A stretch of DNA of 63,017 bases, counting the filler, from Sphacelaria rigidula (lineage: Eukaryota): the NCBI GenBank assembly GCA_964200075.2. It is 6 parts of 6 records of this genome, joined end to end, with 100 filler letters (N's around TTAATTAATTAA, not from the genome) between each part and the next. Parts side by side here need not be neighbours in the genome. Positions count along the whole stretch, not along the records: positions 1 to 10,421 come from CAXNAA020006521.1; positions 10,522 to 20,941 come from CAXNAA020006522.1; 4 more parts are not named here. The stretch is one strand, 5' to 3'. Every line of letters begins with the position of its first letter. The first letter of the stretch is position 1. Shown piece after piece: positions 1-12,296 of this stretch. A program made the position numbers and the translations under genes. Below the pieces are notes generated by a model, which ran no database searches, was not told the DNA's origin, and worked only from the letters and a program-made list of their open reading frames with translations.

Positions 1-40
1 TGACTAAGGCAAGCAACAAATGAGTACGCCCCCCCCCCCG
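1..40 (+). mobile_element. LINE 3' terminus (subfamily A) with poly(C) end
   Basis: gactaaggcaagcaacaaatgagtacgcc(c)n matches 9802-9840. Confidence 0.7.
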
Positions 41-59
41 CCACCGCTACCAATGTCTG

Positions 60-1503
60 TAACGCTCTCCTTGCCTGACTCTGGGTCCTCCAGATGAGCA
101 CACCGTTGCTTTGCACGTATGTAATCAAAGGTGCGTCCGCAGGTGGTTCCGGAACACGAGGTATCGGTTCTACCATGACATCCACTGCCCCGCGGGCCCC
201 AGCCCGTTCGTCGATTCCGCCGCCTCATGTAGTCACCCTTGGATGCGTGAAACGCACCTTAACTCGATCAGCCATAAACTCGAACGGTAATGCCAGGTGC
301 TGTTTGCCGCGAAACTATCCGAGGATGAGTGGACGTACAGCCCTCAATCTATCCATCAATCCATCTATCCATCCATCAATGCCACATCGCTTCATCGCAA
401 ACAATACACTTGGGTTCACACGCACAGCAGCCCCGGCAAACACGTCAGATGTCCGCTTTGAAACAAGAAAAGACTTCTTACCGCCGGCAACCGCCGATCC
501 CTCCGGAAAACCGCGCTTCTTGTGCGCCTGGTCACAACTCTACTCCACCGACATGTGTCCCGTAGTAATAAAGTTTGTCACCGATGGGAGTGTGAGAAGC
601 TTCCGGCATCAGTATGTTGCCCTCCACGAGCGGGGAGAATGTTGTTTCACCAATAATTCATGAATCTCCGTCGTCATGGCTCCGGCCCTAACCCTCAAGT
701 TATTGTCGATGAGATACTGGACTATCTGCTCCTTCTCCGCCATCATTTCTGCGTAGGCCAGGGAGTGTGGACGAAGTGGTTTCACGGTTGCGTCGGATGT
801 CGGTGGCAGGTGCTGCACGTGACCTGTGCACGTCACCGTTTCCTCCGCACCGTGTTGGCCGCCCGCTTGCACTCTCACATCAAGTATGATACACATCGCA
901 TGCTTGACGAAATTCAGCTGATCCACGACAGAGATGTACATGCCAGGAGACGTATCAAAATGACCTTGTGGCTCGAATGTTCTTGTCGTCAACCTCCTCA
1001 TGTCGGTCAGGGAGGCATATACAATCTGCGTCACAAGCAGGGCCCCTTGCAGCTCGGTCGGCGACACTGGGTTCGGCATCCGGTCGCGTAATATCCAACT
1101 GGTACGGGTGTTCATGTTGTTCTTCAGTTCAAGCTGCAGTCTCGCTTCTTCAGCTGCTTCGCTGCTCAAACGCATGTTGTAAGTAATCGGCTGATGAGCA
1201 CGTGTGGACGGTGCCGATGCCACGGCTACAGAGTAAACGGGTGGGTAGTCATATCCAGCTCAGCTCCCGCTGTGCCTGCCGCCCCCGCATAGGGCTGGCG
1301 CTGTCTCAGAGGCCGGTGGAACCACTGGTTGTGACGCGTGGGCGGAGGGGGGGGGGAGGTTGTGCCCGACGCATCATCGCAATCCCCACGAGGATATTCT
1401 CAACACCCCCGCGCGTTCCCTCTGTTTTTGCGTTATGCTTCTCCTGCATCGCGATCAGGGTGCCCCGCTTCTCTCCGAGTTGGTGGCGAGCCTTGACATC
1501 CAC
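60..1503 (-). pseudogene. Decayed long ORF, probably transposon-derived (possibly DUF6729-like)
   Basis: The 204-aa ORF 609-1223 continues in the same frame through isolated stops toward ~60, with no splice signals needed; a further ORF lies upstream at 1306-1503. The segment GAMTTEIHELLVKQHSPRSWRATY...SCDQAHKK loosely recalls DUF6729-type transposon proteins (recalled resemblance, not searched). Confidence 0.3.
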
Positions 1504-2131
1504 AGGGGATTCTCGTTTGAACTCGAGGCGATAAGCTACTTCATCATCTAGCTGTCACTGCGCCTCGACGTTTCAGTCCAGCGGATGTATCTTCGTGTAC
1601 ACGTTTACGGAAAACTCCTGCCGAATGTTCTGCAGTTGGATTCACCCAAAATGCTAAAAAAAAGCATGGCGGGATTGCTTTGTCCCTGGAAAAATCTCAC
1701 TACGTGGATAATTTCTCACTGCCTCCGGTACATTTGATATTTTTTACAACGGGCGGTGCTGGTCGGCGGGAAGCGCGGTGCATCCCCCCCCACATGGCAG
1801 TGCAGTGACGAGAGGTTGTTCGCATGTAGGCATAATAGGGCAAGCGCTGCGATCACTCCGATTCCCAAGTACGCTTTTCTGTGGGGCCTCATGAGACCTT
1901 CGTAACGCGTGTGTCGTACGTCAAAACATGTTCCAAGTGATCACGTTTGGGGCTCCTTTGCTTTCCATGTACTGTGTATCGTGAAGACTGCCACAGGAAA
2001 GCATTAATATCATCAGTACTCTCCTGATTCCCGTAGATGATTTTGATCGTCAGTCACCGCGACATCGAAAATGTTTGACCGCTGAGCATGCCTTGAATTG
2101 TTCATATGTGATGAGCTTGAGAGTTATTTTC

Positions 2132-2366
2132 CACACGTCGGACAGCTCATGAGCTACCTAGATATTACTTCTTATTGCAGTACTGACTGAATCATGAGCT
2201 AGCTCATTTGACTGACGGCGATGGACGCCGAGCACGCTGTGTAACAGGAAGGTAACACTTTAACTTCTCGGTCGCCGCTGTCACGTGCTTTGAGTTTTTG
2301 TACAAAGAATCTGAGAGTTCTCTTCGATTAGTTATTTGAGGTAGCTCATGACCTGTTCCACGTGTG
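2132..2366. mobile_element. hAT-type MITE, copy 1
   Basis: TIRs cacacgtcggacagctcatgagctacc / ggtagctcatgacctgttccacgtgtg; same family as 24805-25179. Confidence 0.7.
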
Positions 2367-2784
2367 ATATTTCCTGAATTCTCAGGTTTGGTCTGCATCG
2401 TCTCTGCACTTCTGTTATGTACGCTACCACTGCATGCGGATGATGTACAGCGTACTCATTCCCTATGCTCGTGCTCTTCGTTCATCGGGCTATATTCTGC
2501 CTGTGGTCCAGAAGCTGGGGCGGGGGAAGCGTGGGTGGCTTGGGTCTTGGTCGACATGTGTGTTTCAGAACAGGCTTGTCCCTGGCATCAATATCCATAA
2601 TACGAACAAGACATACATCTACCAGGCGGGGCACCACAGCAGTGACGATGATAGCATGTGGGACTCGGGCTAGGGAAGGATAGGCACAGCTCCGCCCAGA
2701 GCAGATATCGACCTGGGGGGCGCGTAACGTTCCCCCCAGAAGTAGGGAATCCCGACCCCCCCCTTCTCCGCCCTCACGTTTTTG

Positions 2785-3383
2785 CACAAGCTGGGCCAGC
2801 TGACCGTGATTTTTGAACGAAGAGTGGAGATGCCATTGGTAATTCGAAGAATTGAGCGCTTAAATTTTGATAATCAACCCGCGCAACCCTATTGGGGGTG
2901 CAGAGGAAAAAGAAGAAAAAAACAGGAATTGAGAGCGAGTTAAAGTTTCAGCAAACACAGGAAAAATGCTATAACTTCCTTGAAAAATGGTGAAACGACG
3001 ACAACGCTCCAACACATACGGGCACTGGCGTCAACGACGTTCTGGTAAGGTTTCGGCCGAAAATACCTCGAATTGGGCGTGGCATCGCACTTTTCGTGTG
3101 ACACGGCCACGCCCGTTGAATTCAAGTGATACACAGGAGACTCCAATTAAGGAGGTCACGAGTTCGAATCCTGACATAATCTCTTTTTTTTTTTCGTACG
3201 TCGTTAAGTTCATATATTATGCAGTACATTTTTCTTCAATATTTTTTCATTCAGCGGCGGTGCCGTGTGTTACCAGACTGGTCTGCACTTCACAGCGATA
3301 TTATTAAGTCCCACTGATTTGGAAAGTTGGAGAAGTTGTGGTGTGGAAAGCGAATGCGGGATTGACTGCTGGCCCAGCTCGTA
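2785..3383. mobile_element. Non-autonomous TIR element (CGAGCTGGGCCAGC family)
   Basis: Ends cacaagctgggccagc ... gctggcccagctcgta; same TIR as 28111-28970. Confidence 0.55.
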
Positions 3384-3902
3384 GTGAGTCTTTGTTATGC
3401 TTGGTTCTAAAACATTTCAAGGCTCTGTGCTGGCGCCCAGGCGCTTGACAAAAACATGCGGCCGAGAACTTGAGTCAGCCTCTGAGCGGACAAAGGAAAA
3501 ATCCTCCCTCACGAAATGGTAGTGTGTACCCCACCAATCTACTTCTACCATGTCGCGTGTCCGAGTTGTGGTGAACTGTCAGCGAGTCTGCTGACGGTTG
3601 TAGAAATGCTGCTGTCGGGGGCCTCCTGTCCCTCGGATTATTCCCCGTATGCGCTTAGTATCCTGAAGCATGTGTGAATGGCCGTCATTTTTTTTATCGA
3701 GGGAGCTACTACGGTCGTGCGTAAATTGATGTTTGGGATAATACACGTTTGGCAAATGGTGGCGATGTGTAAATTTTGGTGATGGCATGGAGGATATCAG
3801 TCATTCGTCGTTCCCCGTATGTTCTTGATTGGATGAATCGTGGTGCACTTGAATGTAATGTACGCATTCCTTCTAGCAATGCGCTCCTCCCCCCTCCCCC
3901 TG

Positions 3903-3960
3903 CTCCGTCTCGACAGGGATGCGTGGTCAATAGTCAAACGGCTAAGGGAAACAACAAAGT

Positions 3961-3996
<36 letters not shown>

Positions 3997-4150
3997 ACAA
4001 ACATACACCACCACAAACAACAACACAACCACCACTACCACACTCNNNNNNNNNNCCCCCCCCCCCCCCCTGCCCCGTCCCGACAGGGAGGGGTTGTCAA
4101 AAGTCAAAGGGCTAAGGGAAAAAAAAAACCCCCCCCCCCCCCCCCCCCCC
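3903..4150 (+). mobile_element. Two LINE 3' termini with poly(C) around a 10-N gap
   Basis: ccgtctcgacagggatgcgtggtcaatagtcaaacggctaagg followed by a long C run; a second, noisy copy follows the gap at 4046-4055 and is probably redundant assembly. Confidence 0.65.
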
Positions 4151-5828
4151 AGCCCCCTCGCGAAAACAAATTTTCCAATAAATGTAGAACACGCACCACG
4201 CCCTCATGCATGTACATGTTGAAAATATCACATATGCGAAGGGTGGACCTGACTTCATGCCTCGTACGGTAGCAGCTGCTCGAAGTAGTCCTTTCCAGCA
4301 ACGCTAGCCTTGATGAAAAGGTGGTTAGATAGCTATCGAGTGTTCCCACACCAACGCACGCGTCCTGTCGTGCAGCATCGTGATTTACAGGCATACGCAA
4401 TTCCGCCGCTCTGTCAAAAAGAGGCCTCATGCGCCCATAATGTGCGGAATCGAGGAAATTATTTCGTGTAGAAATCGCTCAGAAGTGATCCTATTTTTCA
4501 AGTTATAGTCGATGTAAGAAGTGGTCTTTGCCATGTAGTTCATCTCTCCTACTGTAGCACACAAGCAAATGTAGCACGCCGACACCACTACAAACACACT
4601 GCGGTGCAGAGCATCAGTCCTAACATGGCAGCAAAGACCTTCTCTTTCTCCTAAAGGCGGGAGCATTAAACCGGTGCATTCCGGCCACAGCCTTGACACT
4701 GATTGTCGCCTCTTTTACTACAGAAGTGTGGATGTCAGTGTGACGAGTCGTTGTTCTCCGATCGTAGGGCCTCATCCACCCCATTTTCGCCCTCTGAAGT
4801 TGGAACGCTTCGTGGCTGCTCCTTCCAGGCTCTACCGAAATACTTCTGCTGCGTCCGCGTGCGGCGGTGGCCCGAAAAAGGCTGCCGAGTTGTCTGCCGA
4901 AATCTCCGGATTCACCTACACCGGTAACTTCCGGCGTAGTTTGGAGGGCTTGGTGTTCGCGCCTTGAACCTGCAGCGCTCACCCGCTCCGTACGGCACGT
5001 CCTGTGCAGACAACGTGTACCCCTACGGCCATCAGCATAGTATATGGTGTGCACCCCATCCAGACATCGTGTATACACGTGTAGCCAGCCACGCACACGC
5101 ACTTGTCGCGTAAATTAAACTCGCCCGACTTAACATTGGCCCTGTTCCTGTTCAGGTTTTGCGACGCAATAGCAAAATCGGCACAGAATACGCGCGAGAT
5201 GTTGCCGGGCCCAAAAAAGCACGGAACAAAATCCATTCGGCGATGTCAAAAACGGGAGGCGTTAAGTCAGAGCCCATGCATCACTGCAATAGTCTCCGAG
5301 CATAGGAATTCCGGCAGGGATTGACAACGGCACATCGAGAGCCTCATTTCCATGGTTGAAGTTGTTAACGTCCTCCCCGATGTGTTGCGCTAAACCAACC
5401 TCACTAGCTGCCCGCGCTGCGCTCGCCGGTTGTGATCCGATGACTCGACAGGTTGCGGAGAGGAAGACTCTGAAAAACCGGGCTCTTGTCGGTGCGAGGG
5501 AAAACGCGTGGCTGATGAGAAGGGTAGTGACCTACCTGTGCTTATCGCTGGAAGCCGTGGACACGAAAGACAAGTACGACAAGGTCAATGGAGTCGGGAA
5601 TATGGTGCGTGCTTGCATGGTGAAGTGATTACTTCCGTATTCATGTCGCCTGTAGTTCGTCATATCCTTGATCTTTTGCTTTCCCGCCGGCGTTATTTTT
5701 CGTCTTTGTCACCAAGCAACGGACAGGCAACGGACCGGTAGTAACTGCGAATTGCATGTACTGCTGCATCGTGTACTGCACGACAATGCACTTGGCATAG
5801 GTGGGCAATCAAGAGTACGCAACACGCC

Positions 5829-5968
5829 CTGTCTCTGTCTCTGTCTCTGTCTCTGTCTCGCTTACTTTCGTCACGGTCGTTGGAGTCTAAATCAGCATTT
5901 ACGGCGGTCAGGGCACGACTGTACTTCGTACGCAGCATGTGGCATGTTGTCTGTGGCGGTTGCAGTGC

Positions 5969-6020
<52 letters not shown>

Positions 6021-6030
6021 TGTTGCTACT
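5829..6030. repeat. Microsatellites (CTGTCT)n and (GCT)n
   Basis: Seen directly. Confidence 0.9.
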
Positions 6031-6396
6031 AGCATCAAGCCGACAGAAACTTCCGAAAAACTTTTTTTTTTGTGTGGACTGCTCCTTTTGATCCATCCGT
6101 TTCCTCATGACCCCCTAGTACACTCGGCAGCCGCAATGTGGGTATCGTGAAAGAGCTCAGATACTGTACCTACCTCGCCACCGATACAGGTTATGCTCCC
6201 CATACGATATTTGTGGGAGTCTGGTATCGAACGAATAATCGCGCTGTGTTTGCTTTTTTCTTGCAAATATATGGTGGTTTCGGCGAGAAGACGAAGCGAA
6301 GTTTGGTTTACTGATGTGATGTTCCTTCCTCCGTGGAGTACATTCGCTGCTGATGACGAGGACGATGAATGTGCGATGTGTGACCACTTCGACACT

Positions 6397-6431
<35 letters not shown>

Positions 6432-7483
6432 TTCCCCGTTCATTTCGGTTCCTTGTTTTCAGATGCATGGCGTGGGCGCAAAGTTCCTTACTGGGCAAGT
6501 AAGTGCCCGTAACGCAGCACAGGCGCCGCCGACAAAGATGTTCGCGGGTTCAGCACCGGCCATGCTCGTGGCGATGAGGTACGGTAGACGTATGTTATCT
6601 CATTGATTGTTGTTGTTGTTATTGTTATTGTTGTCAGCGTTGTCAGCGTTGTCAGCGTTTCCCCATGTTGTCAGAAAGAATCATAATAACAGTCGGTCGA
6701 TTGAACTTGTCGAATCCCCTCGGAGTACAGAGATACGTGCAATGGAGTGCAATGAAGTAACCTTTTTTTGAAGAAAAAAATATCTCTGCGAAAACTCCAG
6801 ACGATGTTTTTGTCTATCTTCCGTGCGTGTGCAGGATGCACTCTGAAGTGCACGTTAAGGCAGTTCTTCATGCGAACCGAGCGGGAGGCTTGAGCTCGCC
6901 CCTCGACCGAGATTCATCGCCCAGATTGTGCCGCAATGTTCTCTGCGATAGTCTTGCTTTAGTGAGTGATGTTTTCACCCCTGCGCTTCTCCAAGTGACC
7001 GGGGCTGCCGACCTCAGGACAGATGCGAGCGTCCGAATAACTGCTAGGACCACGACTTGTATTCGGGATAAGAAATCCGGGTAATCCATGGGCACATGCA
7101 ACGCTTGTGGAGTCACCTCTTCGTTGCAACCGTACAAGAACACTAACCTTGTCCACGCTCATTACGCGGGGGTCACTACTTCCTTCCCGATGAAAAAGCT
7201 TGCAAGTGCTGGCGACTGCGATATCCTTGCCCTCTGTCTGTGTTGATTACGATCCGTGAAGTAGCTCGTCGAGATCGCCAGAAGACGAAAGTCCGCTTTA
7301 TGTATCCAGTCCATGTGGTGTGTGGTATATGACGAGGTGGTGCATTCTATTCTCCCAAATTTTTTCACAGTAGTTTTTTCAAAAATAAGATTGCAACGCA
7401 TGCTCCTGCAGCAATGCGCAGGAAGAAGATCGAGCAGCACCTCTAGGTGATCTTCGTCTATTTTCTATATCGAGTATTACAGT

Positions 7484-8696
7484 CTAGTTCACGGTCCGGA
7501 CAAATCAAATCGTGATTCAACTCGTGTTCATCATTTAGACGAATAAATCGTACGATTTGTACATCATTTGTGATTTGTGCATGTTCTGATTTCGTGATTC
7601 GTACGACACAAATTGAAGTGTACACATTACGAGTTCGTGATTCGTGCGGTACACTGTGGATGGTACACGTTTCCTACCTTCCTTTCATACGGGGTGAATC
7701 GTGGGCGCACAGCTTTCTCCTTTAGTTCATGCGGGACGAATCATGTGTACATGTCGCCCAACGCTTAGTTCATTCGGCATGAATCGCATGCACATCTGCC
7801 CTGGGGTATCTCGATGTGGATGACACCCGGAAGTATTTGCGGGGAAAGGGGAGAGGGGATACGCAAACTAGTATCGTAGTTCAAGTTGTGTGGTTCGAGG
7901 TGTGTTTTTGGAACATGCATCATGTGTGTAGTGACTTCTTGGTTCACACATGAAGCAAATCGTACAGATCCGCAGAGGGCGGCGATTCGTTCCCGCTTTC
8001 CACCCGTGATTCATGAGTCATGAATCGTGGGCATATGATTTCCACCTTGCCTTCATACGACATGAATCATGTGTACATGTTTCTCACCATCCTGTTATCC
8101 GGCATGAATCAAGGGTCCGTATCTTCCCCTTTTTATCACGAATCCATGAATCATGCATACATTTTTTTCCACCTTGCCTCCATAGGGCATGAATCATAAG
8201 TGCAAATGTATCACCTTTAGCTCATGCGGGATGAATCATTGATACATGTCACCCACCCTCGCGTTCATGTGGGATGAATCATTGATACATACCTCCTACC
8301 CTTTAGTTCATGCGGGATGAATCGTGAGTACATATTCCTTCAGTCAAGTTTCTGCGGGATAATCATGGGTACATTTCTCTCCCCTCGTTTCCATGCGGGA
8401 TGACTCAGCGTACATGTGGCCCACCCTTTGGTTCATGGGGGATGGATCATGAATATGTATTTTACACCATTGATTCGTGTATGGACGATGATTTCTACGT
8501 GCTTTTCAATACTGATTCGTGTCACACAACCTGAAGGGTACACATTTCAAGTCCTCGATTCGTGCGGCGTGACCGTGAGTATGCATCTTCACCATTCGTG
8601 ATTCGTACTGGATGACTCATTGGTACATGATTCGCACTCGAACATTCATTAGGAGTCAACTCGTATGAACTCTGATTCGTGCGAACGGTGTACTAG
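7484..8696. mobile_element. Non-autonomous DNA element with an internal ~39-bp GAATC/GATTC-rich repeat array
   Basis: Imperfect TIRs ctagttcacggtccg / cgaacggtgtactag; internal units such as tttagttcatgcgggatgaatcattgatacat; related termini at 52600-52680 and 55830-55905. Confidence 0.6.
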
Positions 8697-9059
8697 TTTC
8701 CTTCCGTCTTGGTCCTGTTTTTTTTTCATTCGCTTTTTTTTTTTATTACATTCGAATATTCCTCATACGTTCATATTTTTATCCTTTTTTCTATTTTTCT
8801 TGTTTTTTTTCTTTTTTCTTGTTTATTTGTTTTGTGTTTCTGCTACTTGCACGCCGGTGGCAGGCGCGAGGCGTTACGACGAGGAGCAGCTGACGCCACG
8901 ACCGTTCAATTCGCTGCTGATGAGATCAGAATCCTGGCGACTCCGCTATCTGAGGAGGACCTTTCCCACGAGGCAGACGAGATCATACTTGGTGAGATGA
9001 GGAAATGCAAAGGTCGGATTTGGGGATATCATATGTGCGCGGAGATTTTGATTCCGCAC

Positions 9060-9712
9060 CCGATCAACACGTGGGCAGAGGCAAATGTAGAGACGCCAAC
9101 ACGGGAGGATAGTGGCTCGAAATAATTGCCCGGAGAATTTTCCAGAGATGAAGCAAAGGAATGCGTGGCTAAACTCGAGAACAGAAAGGCAGCAGGGGCA
9201 GACAAGAAAGTAGATGAATTTCTAAAGTACGGGAAAGAGGGAATGATTACCATGATGGTTATGCTGCATAACTGGATCTGGGGAAACGAGTACAGACCCA
9301 AGAGGTAGGGATAACGCTACTTAACACTGTGGGGAAAACATTCCGTGAGATTCTGGGCGATAGAGTGGAAACGGTGCTAGAAAAGGAAGACAAAATTGGC
9401 GAAGGACGAACAAGTTTTGGACTAAACCGTAGTTGCGTAGACCATGTGTACACACTAGGTAAAATTATTCAGGATAGGAAAGACATGGGGCTGACAACGT
9501 ACAGTTCCTTTTTGGATGTGCAAAAGGCTCATGACACAGTATGGAGAAATAGGTTGTTGAGAACGTCGTGGGAAGCTGGGATCAGAGGAAAGATGTGGAG
9601 AATGGTGAAGGTGACAGAATGTGCCAAAAGTGCCATGATGCTAGACAGGGAAATATCCAAATACTCCGATATTTTACAAGGAGTTGCACAAGGATGCACG
9701 TCATCACCCAAT
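9060..9712 (+). pseudogene. Non-LTR (LINE) reverse transcriptase fragment
   Basis: KLENRKAAGADK...EFLKYG, GITLLNTVGKTF, RSCVDHVYTL, FLDVQKAHDTVWR and QGVAQGCTSSP are non-LTR RT motifs. It has in-frame stops, lacks the usual segment before GITLL, and ends before the YxDD motif. Confidence 0.9.
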
Positions 9713-9764
9713 TTTTGCAGTTGCTTTCGAACTTTGTCACATTATGCACTCCCGCCCTTCCCCC

Positions 9765-9840
9765 CTCCGTCTCGAAAGGGATGCGTGGTCAATGGTCAAA
9801 CGACTAAGGCAAGCAACAAATGAGTACGCCCCCCCCCCCC
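9765..9840 (+). mobile_element. LINE 3' terminus (subfamily A) with poly(C)
   Basis: Encodes PSRKGCVVNGQTTKASNK* then gtacg(c)n, in frame with the RT fragment (ORF 9329-9823). Confidence 0.75.
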
Positions 9841-10421
9841 GACGTGGGGGGGGCGTAGGGAAAACCTCATGAATCACCCATTCGAAAACAGTGTGACTCC
9901 TCACGTATCCGACCGTTGGCTCCCACCTGCAGATTGTACTGAGCGCAATCGCACTAGCCTGCGTGTGCACCCATTTTTGTGGTGTACACACACGTAGCCA
10001 ACGTCCTGCCGACAAGAACCCCACCGACGTGTACCGTACAAGCAAAAAATACACGTATCCTACACTTTACCCCACTGGAACACCGGCGACAACGTGTGCC
10101 GGAAAACGAAGGGGTACCATGGTTCTGTCGACCCACGGCCTGCTCCGGTCTCGCTACGCGTACAGCGTGGGACCGCGCCTGCGGCTAAAAATCGGATGAA
10201 TTCCCTGACGATCGCGTGCTCACGATCCCCTCCGTGTCCGCTTCACAGAATAAAGGAAAACGGACAGTCCATCGCAGGGGGCAGGGCTTACTTATCACAT
10301 ATGACACGTCTGCTGGACCCTGCCATCGAACACCGTCTTCTGCGCCACTTCCTCCGTCGAAAGCATCGAGCGGGTGGTCAGAAAGGTGTTCGGAAAATAC
10401 TATCACACTCTCAACGCTGCC

Positions 10422-10521
10422 NNNNNNNNNNNNNNNNNNNNNNNNNNNNNNNNNNNNNNNNNNNNTTAATTAATTAANNNNNNNNNNNNNNNNNNNNNNN
10501 NNNNNNNNNNNNNNNNNNNNN
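10422..10521. other. Artificial contig spacer N44-TTAATTAATTAA-N44
   Basis: Six-frame stop linker within Ns. Confidence 0.99.
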
Positions 10522-10590
10522 GGGGGGGCGGCGAGCGCTTTTTTGTTGCTTTAGTTGTTTGACCATTGACTACGCACCCCTTTCGGGGCG
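10522..10590 (-). mobile_element. Degenerate LINE 3' terminus (subfamily A)
   Basis: Reverse-complement match to 9765-9840, at a contig edge. Confidence 0.55.
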
Positions 10591-10832
10591 GGGCTCGTGG
10601 GGGGGGGGGAGGTCGAGGATTAGGGTGCCCGGAGCAACACTGGCAGAGGTAACAGAGGGATGACCTTCAAGATTCCGGAGCCACCTATGGCTCTACGGAC
10701 GACAATCGACAGATGTTCGGAGTTGAAAGCGTCCTCTGGCCCTCAGCAGCGAAGAAGGAGGGGGGTATACCGTGGCACGCGGGGGTGCTGCAGGGAGGGG
10801 GGAGGTTCTTGACCTCATGGCACCAGAACCAT

Positions 10833-10882
10833 GGGGTGTGCTCATGATCATGCATGCTATAGTCATAAGACCATTGACCACC
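10833..10882 (-). mobile_element. LINE 3' terminus (subfamily B)
   Basis: ctcatgatcatgcatgctatagtcataagaccattgacc, shared with 20845-20941, 29030-29202 and 31380-31461. Confidence 0.6.
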
Positions 10883-10972
10883 AGAACCAGGGGGAGGCCA
10901 GCCGAATACGTACGCCAAAGCGGGACGCCAACAAACCAACACAGCAGTACCGGTGGCTCAGAGGAGGGAGGG

Positions 10973-11330
10973 GGTGTGTGTTGTGCTGTTATCCAATCTA
11001 TTCTGGACGCCAGTCTACACCTTTTGGTATTTATGGGCGCATCAGCCGGGGTCACACAGGAGGAAAGCCAGCACAGGAGTTTACTTCCATTTTTTAATTT
11101 TGTTCTAGAACTCGATCTCTTCCTTCTGCGGTACTTGCCTTCTTTTTTTTATCGCCAAAGAGGTTCAGCTGTCCCTGACCCTCGTCGACCGTGTCGTAGA
11201 ATTCTGAGTACCCACGACATAATCGCTCTCCTTCGTTGGGCATTGTGTGAGAAAAAAAAAAAAACGTGTGACTGCACCAAGATTCGAACCCACGACCAAA
11301 CCGTCAGAAGGATTCGAGGTTACCGACTGG
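10973..11330 (-). mobile_element. tRNA-derived SINE (family 1)
   Basis: B-box GGTTCGAATC on the minus strand (11281-11290); body homologous to 46735-47085; CA-rich tail. Confidence 0.7.
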
Positions 11331-12296
11331 CGGGTGGATAAACAGGGGAATAAGCAAAGGTTCAAATTGAGGATACCAATGCAACCGAGGAGAGCAGGCG
11401 GGAGACGACAGAGCGTGTAGCCAGATATTTACTGGGTATGGACGAGGAAGCACGAATCTCATCATCCCTCACGTCTTCTCATTTCTCACTAATCCCTGGC
11501 TCAAACTCTACAGTAGTGTACGCTACGAGTACTATACTGTTGTCTGAAGTGATTAAACACACAACGATGAAGACAACAACAGAGCACGACAAGGGAACAA
11601 ACCGCCTCTGACTCAATGATTCAAGAGGACTACGGGGCGCAAGACCCCACTCATAAAGACCGCGAGCAAGAAAAACGGAGGGTGGGGAAAACAATGACAC
11701 CTGTTGTATCGCAAACGAATCGAGGGAAGAAAGAAACAAGAAAGAGCTGGCGTTCCGCCTCACCACGAAAACAGTTCCACTTCTTGGATGATAACCTGTC
11801 GTTACTCACGGCAATGAAAGTGAACTGAGAATATAAATTTCAGAGAGTTTCGGAAAACCCTTTTTTTTTTTTCCTGTCATTTCAGAGTGCAAATATCTCA
11901 GGATCAGAGTGTAACGGAAAATAAAAAACAAAGTTATATCCCCCTCGGTCAAATGTGGTATCCCCTTAACTCATTTTCGATATGTGTTGCAGTCGCATTC
12001 CGCGTAGCCAGAACGCGGTACGACAAAGACCGCAGGCTAACGAAATGCAAATGAACCCAGAGAGGGCGTATTGGTGCTCTGAAGGAGCGGGGGTGGGCAT
12101 GCACGACAATGTTTCAAGATATTCAATTCGTTCGAATACAAAGTGTCCCACTATAGAATATGGGGTGAGTTACCAAGCGGGCTGAAGCAAACCACATGTG
12201 AATTCGCAGTCTTGTGGAGGAATATGTTGAACAAGTCAGACTAACCGCCCCCCCGATCCGGCCAGGCCCGCCCCCCCCGCCGTGCTCCTCATGTGC

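Noticed and set aside
7680-8460. CRISPR-like array
   Set aside because: Units are degenerate along their whole length, with no constant repeat / unique spacer pattern; eukaryotic context and no cas genes.
10466-10477. Periodic TTAATTAATTAA motif every ~10.5 kb as a biological repeat
   Set aside because: Embedded symmetrically in Ns; it is an artificial six-frame-stop linker.
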